Assembly: GCA_963668625.2 (NCBI GenBank)
Contig: CAXXKA010000006.1
Span: forward strand, 32,001 to 96,000
From: an uncultured candidate division Zixibacteria bacterium
Lineage (GTDB): Bacteria; Zixibacteria; MSB-5A5; UBA10806; 4484-95
Length of the DNA: 64,000 nucleotides
Reading direction: 5' to 3'
Part shown: positions 38,275 through 47,897 of the stretch, in pieces
Layout of the letters: each line of letters begins with the position of its first letter
Numbering within the stretch: the stretch's first letter is position 1
Notes under the pieces: model-generated
What the model was told of the DNA's origin: nothing
Database searches by the model: none
Seen by the model: only the letters and a program-made list of their open reading frames with translations
Position numbers and translations under genes: made by a program

Positions 38275-39204
38275 ATGGAATTACCGCCGCTTGAGGGCAA
38301 AGAGTTGTTCGATTACCTTCAAAAGCTGATTACGGAGAAATCCAATCCCAAAAGCGAAGTCCTCGATAGATTGCAAACCTCGGAGATACTCGAGTTAATA
38401 AACGCCGAGGATGCAACTGTGGCTATTGCGGTTAATAAAGAGATTCGCAATATCGAAAGGGCGGTTGAGTTAATTTATGAGGCCATAAATAAAGGCGGTC
38501 GACTGATCTATATAGGCGCGGGTACATCCGGCCGGTTGGGAGTTCTCGATGCCGCCGAGTGTCCGCCGACATTCGGTACCGATCCCGGTCAGATAGTGGG
38601 CTTGATAGCCGGTGGCGCGCCTACGTTGATACGCTCAAAAGAGGGGATCGAAGATGATATCAATGCCGCCGAAAAAGATATCGCAGGATTGGATATCGGC
38701 TCTGGTGATATCGTAATGGGACTGACCTCCTCGAACAGAACACCTTATGTGTTAGCCGGGCTTAATAAAGCTAAGTCTCTGAGAGCGAGGACCATCCTTT
38801 TAAGCTGTAATCCTCGTAATGATGTTGATACAAATGACTATGATATTTACATTACACCTGTAGTTGGCCCGGAGGTACTGGCCGGTTCCACCCGGATGAA
38901 ATCGGCATTGGCCGAAAAAATGATACTAACCATGCTTACCACTACAGTTATGATCAAACTGGGTAAAGTGTATAAAAACATGATGGTTGACCTTCAGGCA
39001 ACCTCACAGAAATTGGTCGAGCGGTCGAAAAAAACAATCATGATGGCCATTGATTGCGATTACGATGCTGCCGGCCAATATCTCGAAAAGGCAGAGGGAC
39101 ATGTCAAATGCGCGATAGTTATGGCGAAAAAAGGCTGTAGTTTACCCGATGCCCGTAAATTACTCTTGTCTAGCGATGGCCATGTTCATAAAGCGATTGA
39201 ATGA
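38275..39204 (+). CDS. murQ: N-acetylmuramic acid 6-phosphate etherase
   Basis: TEKSNP, GAGTSGRLGVLDAAECPPTFG, GPEVLAGSTRMK, GKVYKNMMVD. Confidence 0.96.
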   Translation: MELPPLEGKELFDYLQKLITEKSNPKSEVLDRLQTSEILELINAEDATVAIAVNKEIRNIERAVELIYEAINKGGRLIYIGAGTSGRLGVLDAAECPPTFGTDPGQIVGLIAGGAPTLIRSKEGIEDDINAAEKDIAGLDIGSGDIVMGLTSSNRTPYVLAGLNKAKSLRARTILLSCNPRNDVDTNDYDIYITPVVGPEVLAGSTRMKSALAEKMILTMLTTTVMIKLGKVYKNMMVDLQATSQKLVERSKKTIMMAIDCDYDAAGQYLEKAEGHVKCAIVMAKKGCSLPDARKLLLSSDGHVHKAIE

Positions 39205-39440
39205 TATTTCATCTTGTAACGTTTGTATGGATAACTAACTATTTATGTGCCAACCAATTAATATCATTTGTTGAGTAATTAATCGCATTTATCATTACCC
39301 TCACTTTTAGTTTTATGACAAATTTATTGTCGGTTCATCCTGATACGGTTTTAGTTTGAAGTGTTAATCAGCAATGCCGATAAAATATATGTATTGAATT
39401 ACTAGAAATATTATTGTTCATGGGGTAAATAGTAGGATTT

Positions 39441-41201
39441 ATGGAAACACAACTTGATTATCTGGGGCACGAGGTGGAGTCTTTCAAATCTCCTCACGCC
39501 AAGCAGGCTGTTACTTTTTTTAATCATCTGACAAAAGCCGTAAAAGCGAAACTCGTTTATCCGTCCAGCTCCAAACTTCCCGAACAATTCAAAAACGAGT
39601 TATTGGAGAAATTGCCTGAGATATTTACGGATATAGCTTCTCTCGATTATAAAATCAGTTCCAACTCTATCGAGTACGGTGATCAGGTCGTATATGAATC
39701 GAGCAGTCGGGCTGAGAATTTCGCTTATCTGTTTTTCCGGGATGGCCTGACCAACCTCAGATTTTCCGCCGATATCGATAACTGCGAACTGGTGCGATTC
39801 ATCGAACTACTGGCCCGGATACTTCGTACGGTATACATCGATGACGACCTGGCTACCCTTCTCTGGGAGGAGAATTTTCAATACATCACGTACGATTTAA
39901 TCGATGACGGATTGGATATCGATACGATCGAGTATTCCCCTGATGATTACAGATCGGGGAATGAGCTATCGAAGACCGATATAGAATCCGTGTATGTCGA
40001 GGAAGGCGAGATAGTTTTCAGCGAGGATGATTTCGTTCAGGCCGAACACGAGATTGGCCTTCGCCAAAAAGGTCAGGCGTACCGCCAGATGTCGCCGGAG
40101 TCGCATGATTTCCTGAACAGGATTTCCGAGATAACCGATGAGGAGAAAGCCGAGATAGCGGTACTGGTTGCCGAGGACGGCGAAATAAACAACACCGAAT
40201 ACCTGCTTACGATCATTTTTGAAATTCTTGGCGCCGAGGTCGAATTACCCGGTTACACCGAAACGCTTAATTTCATAGGTAAAGTATTGGATAACTTCAT
40301 AGACCAGGCGAATTTTGCGGGCGCCACCAAGCTGATGGCCAGACTGGAGGAGATGCAGGAAGGATTGGCGAAACTCAATAATCCGAGGGCGGAGAAGATA
40401 GCTAATTTCTTTCTAGAATGCGCCGCGGGCGATAAAATCAACAGGTTGACCGAGGCCGTGAACAAACATATTGACATAGATGCCGATGGACTGGTCGAAT
40501 ACTTGAAATTCCTACCCTGGGCGGTTATTGATCCGTTGGTTTCCTCGTTGGGAGAGTTGAAACATTTCAAGGGACGAAAAGCGTTTTGCGATGCTTTAAC
40601 CGAATTGGGACAGGGGCATGTCGATCTGGTTGCCCGCGGACTCGATGATGAGAGATGGTTCGTCGTTCGTAATGTCGTTATGATACTCGGTCAGATAGGC
40701 GCCTATAAAATACTGGGCCATCTGAAAAAGACGATTCGTCACCCGGACTATCGTGTGCGCAAAGAAACCCTTAAAGCGGCGGGATTAGTGAGATCGGATG
40801 AGAATGTTGATTTCATGATTTTGGCATTATCCGATGCCGACCATAAAATACAAATGAGCAGTTTGAATTATCTTATCGAACACAAGGTGACCAGGGCATT
40901 CAAAGCTGTTGAACATATAGTGAAAGACAAGAAATTCAAGGATAGACCGTCTGAGCAGGTTAAGCGATTCCTGGAGGCTTATGCAGCTCTGGGGCAGGAT
41001 CATGCGCTGCCTTTTTTAAAGCCATTGGCGGGAAAGAGCCTGTTTTTAGCCTCATCTAAAGATGAAAGGATGAAGTTTTTAGCTATCAGCGCGCTTGGTT
41101 ACGTTAAAACCAACGAAGGTAGAAAATTTTTAAACAGACTGGGCAAAACCAAGAAAAACAAAGTATCAGCCGCTGTTATGAGAGCGCTTCATTCCTCGTA
41201 A
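39441..41201 (+). CDS. HEAT-repeat protein (partner of the downstream HD-GYP protein)
   Basis: YPSS...LFFRDG...DDLATLLWE N-terminal domain; acidic linker; DERWFVVRNVVMILGQIG and HPDYRVRKE HEAT repeats. Confidence 0.75.
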   Translation: METQLDYLGHEVESFKSPHAKQAVTFFNHLTKAVKAKLVYPSSSKLPEQFKNELLEKLPEIFTDIASLDYKISSNSIEYGDQVVYESSSRAENFAYLFFRDGLTNLRFSADIDNCELVRFIELLARILRTVYIDDDLATLLWEENFQYITYDLIDDGLDIDTIEYSPDDYRSGNELSKTDIESVYVEEGEIVFSEDDFVQAEHEIGLRQKGQAYRQMSPESHDFLNRISEITDEEKAEIAVLVAEDGEINNTEYLLTIIFEILGAEVELPGYTETLNFIGKVLDNFIDQANFAGATKLMARLEEMQEGLAKLNNPRAEKIANFFLECAAGDKINRLTEAVNKHIDIDADGLVEYLKFLPWAVIDPLVSSLGELKHFKGRKAFCDALTELGQGHVDLVARGLDDERWFVVRNVVMILGQIGAYKILGHLKKTIRHPDYRVRKETLKAAGLVRSDENVDFMILALSDADHKIQMSSLNYLIEHKVTRAFKAVEHIVKDKKFKDRPSEQVKRFLEAYAALGQDHALPFLKPLAGKSLFLASSKDERMKFLAISALGYVKTNEGRKFLNRLGKTKKNKVSAAVMRALHSS

Positions 41202-41218
41202 TATTAAGGAGCTATCGT

Positions 41219-42679
41219 ATGCCGGATATCGATGTTCAAAGCAGTATCGATTCGCAAAAAATTCTGGAAGACAAATACTCCAAACTGGGGCAGGAATTTT
41301 ACCGTTCGTTCTATGCCACGCTCAAAATCGCATCTTTGTATGAGGCAAATAATACGCGCTATATAAAGCAGGTCCAGGCGTTCCGGGAGATCGTGGCGGA
41401 GATATTCACCGAGGACAGTAAGCTTCTGTTCACTTTCAAGTCAGGTTATTTCTTTTTGAATAACTTTCGTATCAATTCCTCCAATTCGGACAAAGAGGCG
41501 GCTGATTATTTCGCCGAGAAATTCCAGTCTTTGAATATAGATGGTTTCGAGATTTATTCGCAAGCTGATTCGCGTGAACTCGATAAATTCATATTCAGCT
41601 TTTCCCATCTGAAAGGCGGAGATGATCCCGATGAGACATTTTATGGTTTCAAAGACCGCCTGGATAAACTTCAGATCGAAAGCATATTCCTGATCAAACT
41701 CGCCGAGAAAGATAAAATCATTAAAGCGGAAAAAGAGCAGACCTCGAAAGTTAAAGCTCGAAAAGTGTTTTTCGAGGCTATCGGCATGGTTCAGGATATT
41801 GTCAGCCAGGCGAAAACCGGTTCTAAAATAAATCTGACGAAAACCAAGCGGGTGGTACAGACCATGGTTGATACGATAATAGAAGATGAGCCGGTGATGA
41901 TGGAGATGACCGTGCTACGGGATTTCGACCAGTATACCTATGTGCATTCGGTCAATGTCTGCGTGTTGTCGTTGATACTGGGGTATCATCTGAACCTGGA
42001 TAAAAAACGTCTCTCCGAACTCGGTGTAGGGGCGCTACTTCATGATATAGGCAAAATCGATTTGCCTGCCAGTCTCGTTAACAAGGCCGAGCAATATGAT
42101 GAAATGGATTGGCAACAGATGAGAATGCATCCGGTGTACGGCGTAAAATCGATCATCCGCACCCGGGGAACTGATCGATCGTCGATCAGAGCGATTGCCA
42201 CGGCTTATGAACATCACATTACATATCAGGGCGGCGGATACCCGCAGCTTCTGCAGAAACGTACACCGTGCCTGTTTGCCCAGATCGTATCGATATGCGA
42301 TACTTTCAACGCCATGACCTCCGGACGTATTTATCATAAACGCCGTATGTCTGGTGATGAGGTTATCACGAATATGGTTAACAGGGCCGGAACGGATTTC
42401 AATCCGCTGATCCTTAAGGTTTTCATTAACGTAACCGGAGTATTTCCGGTGGGCAGCGTAGTCAGGTTAAGCAATGATGATCTGGCTATAGTTACGCGCA
42501 CTAATCCCGATGATCTTGAAAACCCGGAGGTTAAAATAATCGCCGACAAATCCGGCATGAAAGAGAAAGTCGAAGTGATTGATTTATCCAAAGAGGCCAC
42601 TTCCGGGATTAAAATCCATAGTATCATTGATGGGGACAAGTACAATATAGACCCCGCCGATTTTATTGACCTGGGCTGA
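41219..42679 (+). CDS. HD-GYP domain cyclic dinucleotide phosphodiesterase
   Basis: YTYVHSVNV, LHDIGK, MHPVYG, EHH, GGGYP, ICDTFNAMTS, FPVGS. Confidence 0.9.
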   Translation: MPDIDVQSSIDSQKILEDKYSKLGQEFYRSFYATLKIASLYEANNTRYIKQVQAFREIVAEIFTEDSKLLFTFKSGYFFLNNFRINSSNSDKEAADYFAEKFQSLNIDGFEIYSQADSRELDKFIFSFSHLKGGDDPDETFYGFKDRLDKLQIESIFLIKLAEKDKIIKAEKEQTSKVKARKVFFEAIGMVQDIVSQAKTGSKINLTKTKRVVQTMVDTIIEDEPVMMEMTVLRDFDQYTYVHSVNVCVLSLILGYHLNLDKKRLSELGVGALLHDIGKIDLPASLVNKAEQYDEMDWQQMRMHPVYGVKSIIRTRGTDRSSIRAIATAYEHHITYQGGGYPQLLQKRTPCLFAQIVSICDTFNAMTSGRIYHKRRMSGDEVITNMVNRAGTDFNPLILKVFINVTGVFPVGSVVRLSNDDLAIVTRTNPDDLENPEVKIIADKSGMKEKVEVIDLSKEATSGIKIHSIIDGDKYNIDPADFIDLG

Positions 42680-42834
42680 TTTACATCCAACTGTATATTT
42701 ATCGGTCAACTGAAATATTCCAATTATATAGTGTTTTTATCCCATACTTTTTACTGAGCTTCATGAGTCAAGTGTAATCCATACACGACATTGATGCTAT
42801 TAACTCGTTTATTGATATGATCATCGTTTTGCGT

Positions 42835-42878
42835 TGTTCATATTTTGAACATTATGTCAGAGTGGCATTCCATTTGCT
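42835..42878 (+). promoter_or_regulatory. Sigma-54 promoter with adjacent palindromic operator
   Basis: TGGCATTCCATTTGCT (42863-42878, GG-N10-GC) preceded by perfect TGTTCA-TATTT-TGAACA (42835-42851). Confidence 0.65.
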
Positions 42879-42903
42879 GATAGAAAGGCAGGAGGGCATA
42901 CGA

Positions 42904-43257
42904 ATGAAAAAGATAGCGAAAGATAAAGGCTTTACTTTAATAGAAGTAATGACCGCAATTACGATCCTGGCTGTGGGGTTACTACTGCTTTTACCCATGA
43001 TGGTCGTATCGATTCAGGCAAATGATTTAGCCCAAAATTTCACGAATTCCTCGATGCTTATAAAGCAAAAAATGGAGGAATTAAAAGGCTTGTCAAATCC
43101 TGCTTCTGGTACTGATTCTGTTGGTGTTGCTCAACGAGTGTGGACCGTAACGGATGCGGAGAATGATTTGAAGAAACTCATTATAGATATCACCTGGATC
43201 GATAAAGACGGCAAAATCAGGTCGAACAGTATGATGTCTTATATGATGCCGAATTAG
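42904..43257 (+). CDS. Type IV minor pilin, PilV-like
   Basis: Prepilin cleavage site KG|FTLIEV; RBS GGAGG. Confidence 0.85.
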   Translation: MKKIAKDKGFTLIEVMTAITILAVGLLLLLPMMVVSIQANDLAQNFTNSSMLIKQKMEELKGLSNPASGTDSVGVAQRVWTVTDAENDLKKLIIDITWIDKDGKIRSNSMMSYMMPN

Positions 43258-43265
43258 GGGGAAGA

Positions 43266-44075
43266 GTGAAATTCATTCAAAATAAAGGTATGACAGTTGT
43301 CGAGTTGCTTATCAGCTCATTCATCTCGGTTATAGTGATTAGCGCCTCCCTTGGGGTGTATATCGCTCAACACAAGCACATGATAGTACAGGAGCAAGTC
43401 TCCGATATGCAAAACAGTATCAGGGCAAGCATGGAGGAATTATCCACCAAGATAAAGATGGCTGGTTATAATGTGCCGGAGGGCCTGGTGGCACTGACTG
43501 CTTACAATACAAATCCAGATACTATCCAATTGACTTTTGATTCCTCGGTTCTGGAAGGGGTCGAGATAGACCATGCTATGCCTCAGCCATCCGCGGAGCT
43601 TCGCTGCTCGGGTGATATTTCCGGTCTGAATGATGATGACTGGGCGTATATTTACGACCCGACTACTCAAACCGGCGAATTTTTCCTGATTAGTCACGTT
43701 CAATATGCGGCAGGACATATTCAGCATAACACTATGCCGTTATCGCATACCTATCCTATTGGCAGTCAGATATGGAAGATTAACCAGTATAAATACTTCA
43801 TCGATAAAACAACTGATCCAGACCATCCCAAATTGATGGTGCAGTATTTCGGTGATACGCCTCAAATCTACGCTGATAATATCACTAATCTTCAATTCAA
43901 ATATAAATTGACGAGCGGTGTCACAGTGGATGTACCGCCTATGCCGGAGATGGTCAAAGAGGTTAATATAAAGCTTACCGCGAGAACCGAACGCGAGGAT
44001 GAGGTTCAATCGTTCGGTTATCGTACTCGTAATTTGGAAACGACAGTTAAAGTCAGAAACCTGGCAATAAACTAA
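43266..44075 (+). CDS. Type IV minor pilin, PilW-like
   Basis: KG|MTVVELL, IKMAGY, ADNITNLQFKY, VKVRNL C-terminus. Confidence 0.85.
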   Translation: MKFIQNKGMTVVELLISSFISVIVISASLGVYIAQHKHMIVQEQVSDMQNSIRASMEELSTKIKMAGYNVPEGLVALTAYNTNPDTIQLTFDSSVLEGVEIDHAMPQPSAELRCSGDISGLNDDDWAYIYDPTTQTGEFFLISHVQYAAGHIQHNTMPLSHTYPIGSQIWKINQYKYFIDKTTDPDHPKLMVQYFGDTPQIYADNITNLQFKYKLTSGVTVDVPPMPEMVKEVNIKLTARTEREDEVQSFGYRTRNLETTVKVRNLAIN

Positions 44076-44310
44076 TTATCGGAGGATGAATGCTGTCATC
44101 GGATAGACATAATAAAACATCAAAAAGCAACGTGGCGTTAACTAAAATCGCCGGTATGTGTTCCGGGGCGCTTTCGGGTGCGGCCGGTGATGTAAGTGGA
44201 AAACACTGTATGGAAAACGACCGGGGAACCAGTCATATAAATGTAAAAAAACAAACGAACTTAACAAGCTTTTTACGTCTTTAGTGATAGGCATTAAGTG
44301 GGGCATAACA

Positions 44311-45978
44311 ATGTTAAAAAGATTAAATAACGAATCCGGGATGGTGCTGATAGTCAGCTTGATATTACTTCTTATGCTGGCAATTATCGGTATCTCCTCT
44401 ATTTCCACCTCTAATACGGATATGACTTTGGCGGAGAACGAATATCGATCGACAGGCGCTTTCTACGCCGCCGAATCCGGTTTGGAGAAGGCTGCTGCGA
44501 ATATCAAACATAGTTTCGAAACAACTGGCGAGGCGCCGGATCCGCTGCCGAGGGATACGGTTACCGAGAATAATTACACCTACGCTTTCGAGGTCGAGGA
44601 TAAGGGCCCGGCCGTTAACGCCCAGTTGAATGCGGGTGCTTATAAAGGCCTGTATGGATCGGTTAAGATCTATTCGATAAGTTCTGTCGGCAAGGATAAC
44701 GCCAATAATGCCGGTGTTGAACTGAATATGCAAATGAGCGATGCGCTCATACCGATTTTCCAGTTTGCCGTGTTTTATGAATACGATCTGGAAATCGCTC
44801 CCGGGCCGGACATGACCCTGGGAGGCAGGGTTCATACCAACAAAGATATGTACCTTCAGGCCGGTAACGATCTTTATATAGACTCGTACCTGACTGCAGC
44901 CGGTTATATAAACCATGGCCGTAAGGCGGGTTCGGGTCAGGGTACGACCAGCAATGATGTCTGGATTAAAGATGATAACGGCAACTACCAGAATATGAAA
45001 AACTCCGATTGGTCATTCCTCGATTCTGATGATACCGATTGGGTGAATGAGTCGATAAATCGCTGGGGTGGTGCGGTTGAGGATGCCTCGCATGGTATTA
45101 CCGAATTGTATATGCCCGTAGTCGCCGATGGTCCGGCGACTGACTTGATCGACCGCTCGGCCGGTAATTCCGATAGCTATGAAAATCTGGCCGATTTGAA
45201 GATTATCGATGGTGTGGCGTATTACAATAGCGGCGGTACGTGGTTGGATGTTACCGCCGATTTGACCTCAAGCGGTGTTTTGAGTACCGATACTTTCTAC
45301 GACGCTCGTGAGGGTCAGGATGTCAATTCGATCGATATCGATATCGATAAACTGAACAGTTCGCCGTATTTTCCTGCCGGTGGCGTTATATACTCCTCGT
45401 CCTCAGATACTTACAGCAATGTCGAGGCTGTAAGGCTGGTTAACGGTTCCGAAATCGCAAGAGCTCTTACCGTGGCGACGGATAATCCGCTTTATACGGT
45501 TGGAGATTATAATACGGTGAACAAGAAACCGGCCTCGCTTATAACCGATGCTTTGACCATTCTTTCCAATAACTGGGATGATGGCAATAGTTGGAGCGGC
45601 GTCAGTAGCCGACCTGCTACCCAAACCCAGGTTAATGCAAGTTACATGACCGGTAACACCGAAACCGGTTCCTCGGGACATGGTTATAGCGGCGGTTTCG
45701 AGAACTTACCCAGATTTTTGGAAAACTGGAGTGGCGTTACATTCACCTGGCGAGGTTCAGCCGTCGATCTCTGGTACTCCCGTCAAAGCGACGGGGCCTG
45801 GAGCGGAAATTATTACAGGGCTCCCAATCGTGATTGGGCATACGATCCTGATCTGCTCGATCCGAACAATCTGCCGCCCGGCACTCCGATGGTGAATGTG
45901 GTGCAGAGAATGAATTGGAAACAGCGTTTTTTAAGCAGCGCTAATCTGGAGATATCAGGCGAAACCGATGTGCAGTAA
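44311..45978 (+). CDS. PilX-like minor pilin with large C-terminal domain
   Basis: ESG|MVLIVSL (no Glu5), AFYAAESG, GRVHTN, GGFENLPRFLENW, PPGTP. Confidence 0.85.
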   Translation: MLKRLNNESGMVLIVSLILLLMLAIIGISSISTSNTDMTLAENEYRSTGAFYAAESGLEKAAANIKHSFETTGEAPDPLPRDTVTENNYTYAFEVEDKGPAVNAQLNAGAYKGLYGSVKIYSISSVGKDNANNAGVELNMQMSDALIPIFQFAVFYEYDLEIAPGPDMTLGGRVHTNKDMYLQAGNDLYIDSYLTAAGYINHGRKAGSGQGTTSNDVWIKDDNGNYQNMKNSDWSFLDSDDTDWVNESINRWGGAVEDASHGITELYMPVVADGPATDLIDRSAGNSDSYENLADLKIIDGVAYYNSGGTWLDVTADLTSSGVLSTDTFYDAREGQDVNSIDIDIDKLNSSPYFPAGGVIYSSSSDTYSNVEAVRLVNGSEIARALTVATDNPLYTVGDYNTVNKKPASLITDALTILSNNWDDGNSWSGVSSRPATQTQVNASYMTGNTETGSSGHGYSGGFENLPRFLENWSGVTFTWRGSAVDLWYSRQSDGAWSGNYYRAPNRDWAYDPDLLDPNNLPPGTPMVNVVQRMNWKQRFLSSANLEISGETDVQ

Positions 45979-46007
45979 ATATAAATTTAATAACACGCCC
46001 CTTATAC

Positions 46008-46031
46008 GCCCGGCAAATGCCGGGTTTTTTT
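46008..46031 (+). terminator. Rho-independent terminator
   Basis: GCCCGGCA-aa-TGCCGGG followed by a T-run. Confidence 0.75.
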
Positions 46032-46037
46032 GTTGAT

Positions 46038-46075
46038 CCTAACAACCGCCGGCCCTGTGACCGGTGGTAGTTTAC
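46038..46075 (+). mobile_element. Minimal (38-bp) copy C of the IS200/IS605-like element
   Basis: TTGAT|CCTAACAACCGCCGG-ccctgtga-CCGGTGGTAGTTTAC: left and right ends joined around one hairpin. Confidence 0.6.
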
Positions 46076-46989
46076 CCGAGATATGGCTGGATGAAACCGT
46101 TTGATAAACCCGCTTCCTCGAACCAATCCTGAGCCAATTCGTACTCGTGGCGTGACAGTCTACCGGAAATAGCCGGATAATTGCAGGCATTGTAGGCGGG
46201 AAAATATTGGCTCATTACGGCTACATAAGTTTCCTGTGAAATCTCATTGGCGATGAACTCGAATATTTCTTTCGAGCCGGATATCATCCCGGGTAATACC
46301 AGATGTCTTATGAGTAATCCCTTAATGGCTATGCCGCGTTTCATTGTTAAAACTCCAACCTGCCTATACATCTCTTTAATAGCCCTGCGGTTAATTTCAG
46401 GGTAGTTCGGAACATCCGAGTATTTTTGGGAATGTCTGTTATCGGTATAGCGCATATCCGGCATATAAATATCGATCACGCCCTCTAATAGTTTTAACAT
46501 CTCCACCGAATCATAACCGGATGAATTATATACAATGGGGATTGTCAAACCCTGCTCGTAAGCGGCAAGTAACGCCTCCATGAGTTGAGGAACGTAATGG
46601 GATGGGGTCACGAAATTGATATTGTGAGCGCCACGCTGTTCCAGCTTTATCATCATCTTTGCTACCTCGGAGGGTGTGCAAAGCTTACCGTTACGATACT
46701 GGCTGATAGGGTAATTCTGGCAGTAAACGCAGTGAAGGTTACAGCCGCTCAGGAAAATCGTGCCCGAGCCATTGCTGCCGGAGATCGGCGGCTCCTCGCC
46801 ATAATGCAAATTGGCCGAGGCGATACCTATCTTTGTGGGCATACCGCATTCGCCGGTCTCGCCTTTTACGCGGTTGACCAGGCACTGACGGGGACAGATG
46901 GTGCAGGGGGAGAGCATCTCGTGTGCAGTAGGAAGGTTTTTTTCGAGTATGGAGATTTTTGAATCGATGCAGAATGTGGCTTTTGTCAT
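46072..46989 (-). CDS. PflX-like radical SAM protein
   Basis: CTICPRQC, HYGEEPPISG, CNLHCVYCQN, AHNINFVTP, RHLVLP, MSQYFP. Confidence 0.9.
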   Translation of the reverse strand: MTKATFCIDSKISILEKNLPTAHEMLSPCTICPRQCLVNRVKGETGECGMPTKIGIASANLHYGEEPPISGSNGSGTIFLSGCNLHCVYCQNYPISQYRNGKLCTPSEVAKMMIKLEQRGAHNINFVTPSHYVPQLMEALLAAYEQGLTIPIVYNSSGYDSVEMLKLLEGVIDIYMPDMRYTDNRHSQKYSDVPNYPEINRRAIKEMYRQVGVLTMKRGIAIKGLLIRHLVLPGMISGSKEIFEFIANEISQETYVAVMSQYFPAYNACNYPAISGRLSRHEYELAQDWFEEAGLSNGFIQPYLG

Positions 46990-47879
46990 TATCGTCGCCT
47001 GTTCATATTCTGTTCGATGCTTTTACACCAGTCCTCCAGGGAAATCTGCGGCGTGCCTAACATCTCATCGGTCTCAGTGGGATCTCCAAGTTCGCCGGTA
47101 TTATTGAAATAATCCATAAACGGTAGGATATCCTTAAGCTGTTTGGAGAACGTTATAGCGGCGAAGAATTTCAGTATACGCAGAGGAACCTGTTTGATTT
47201 TTATTTTCGGATTAACGTTTTTGATATATATTCCGAGTGCCTCTCTGAACGTGTAAGCCTCCGGTCCGAAAACCGTGAATATATGATTCAGTTTATCCTC
47301 CATCATAAAAGCCCGGGTCACTATCCTGGCATAATCCTCGGCGGCCAGCCAGTGTATCTTCCGGTTATCGCTACCCATCACGGTTGCCTGGTTGTCGCGG
47401 ATGAAAAGCGGCAGTGATTCCATGAACCAGGTCGCACGGAATATAGCGTATTCCAATCCACTGCCAATGATCTCCTGTTCGGCTTTATACTTGGCCGAGA
47501 CCCCCGGGTAGCGCTGACGGTCACCGGCTACCGAGGCGCCCGATATGTAACTAATGCGTTTAATATCGCTTTTTAAAGCAGCCTCGACTATTTTTCTCGT
47601 ACCCTGATATTCGATTTTATCGAAGCTTTTATCTAAGTAACTTCCCTTCAGATTGATATGAACTCCATAACATCCACGCAAAGCCCGCAAAAGCGAATCC
47701 TCGTTTTCGATATCACCTGTGGCAATATCAGATTGATTTCCGAATAGTTCTCGTGCCCTGTCAGCCTGGCGGCTAAAAATCCTGACCGGGAACCCGAAAT
47801 GATCTAGCGTATGAACCACCGGTTGGCCGAGAACTCCCGTGCCGCCCACTACCAGTATCTGTTTATCTTCGAATGGCAT
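46989..47879 (-). CDS. NAD(P)-binding atypical SDR (NmrA-like) oxidoreductase
   Basis: ILVVGGTGVLG, AKYKAE, RATWFME, GPEAYT. Confidence 0.85.
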   Translation of the reverse strand: MPFEDKQILVVGGTGVLGQPVVHTLDHFGFPVRIFSRQADRARELFGNQSDIATGDIENEDSLLRALRGCYGVHINLKGSYLDKSFDKIEYQGTRKIVEAALKSDIKRISYISGASVAGDRQRYPGVSAKYKAEQEIIGSGLEYAIFRATWFMESLPLFIRDNQATVMGSDNRKIHWLAAEDYARIVTRAFMMEDKLNHIFTVFGPEAYTFREALGIYIKNVNPKIKIKQVPLRILKFFAAITFSKQLKDILPFMDYFNNTGELGDPTETDEMLGTPQISLEDWCKSIEQNMNRRR

Positions 47880-47897
47880 TGATAATCATTCCGTAAT

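Noticed and set aside
44090-44284. 64-aa ORF or c-di-GMP riboswitch between pilW and pilX
   Set aside because: No protein features, and the hairpin does not match the class I or II c-di-GMP consensus as I recall it.
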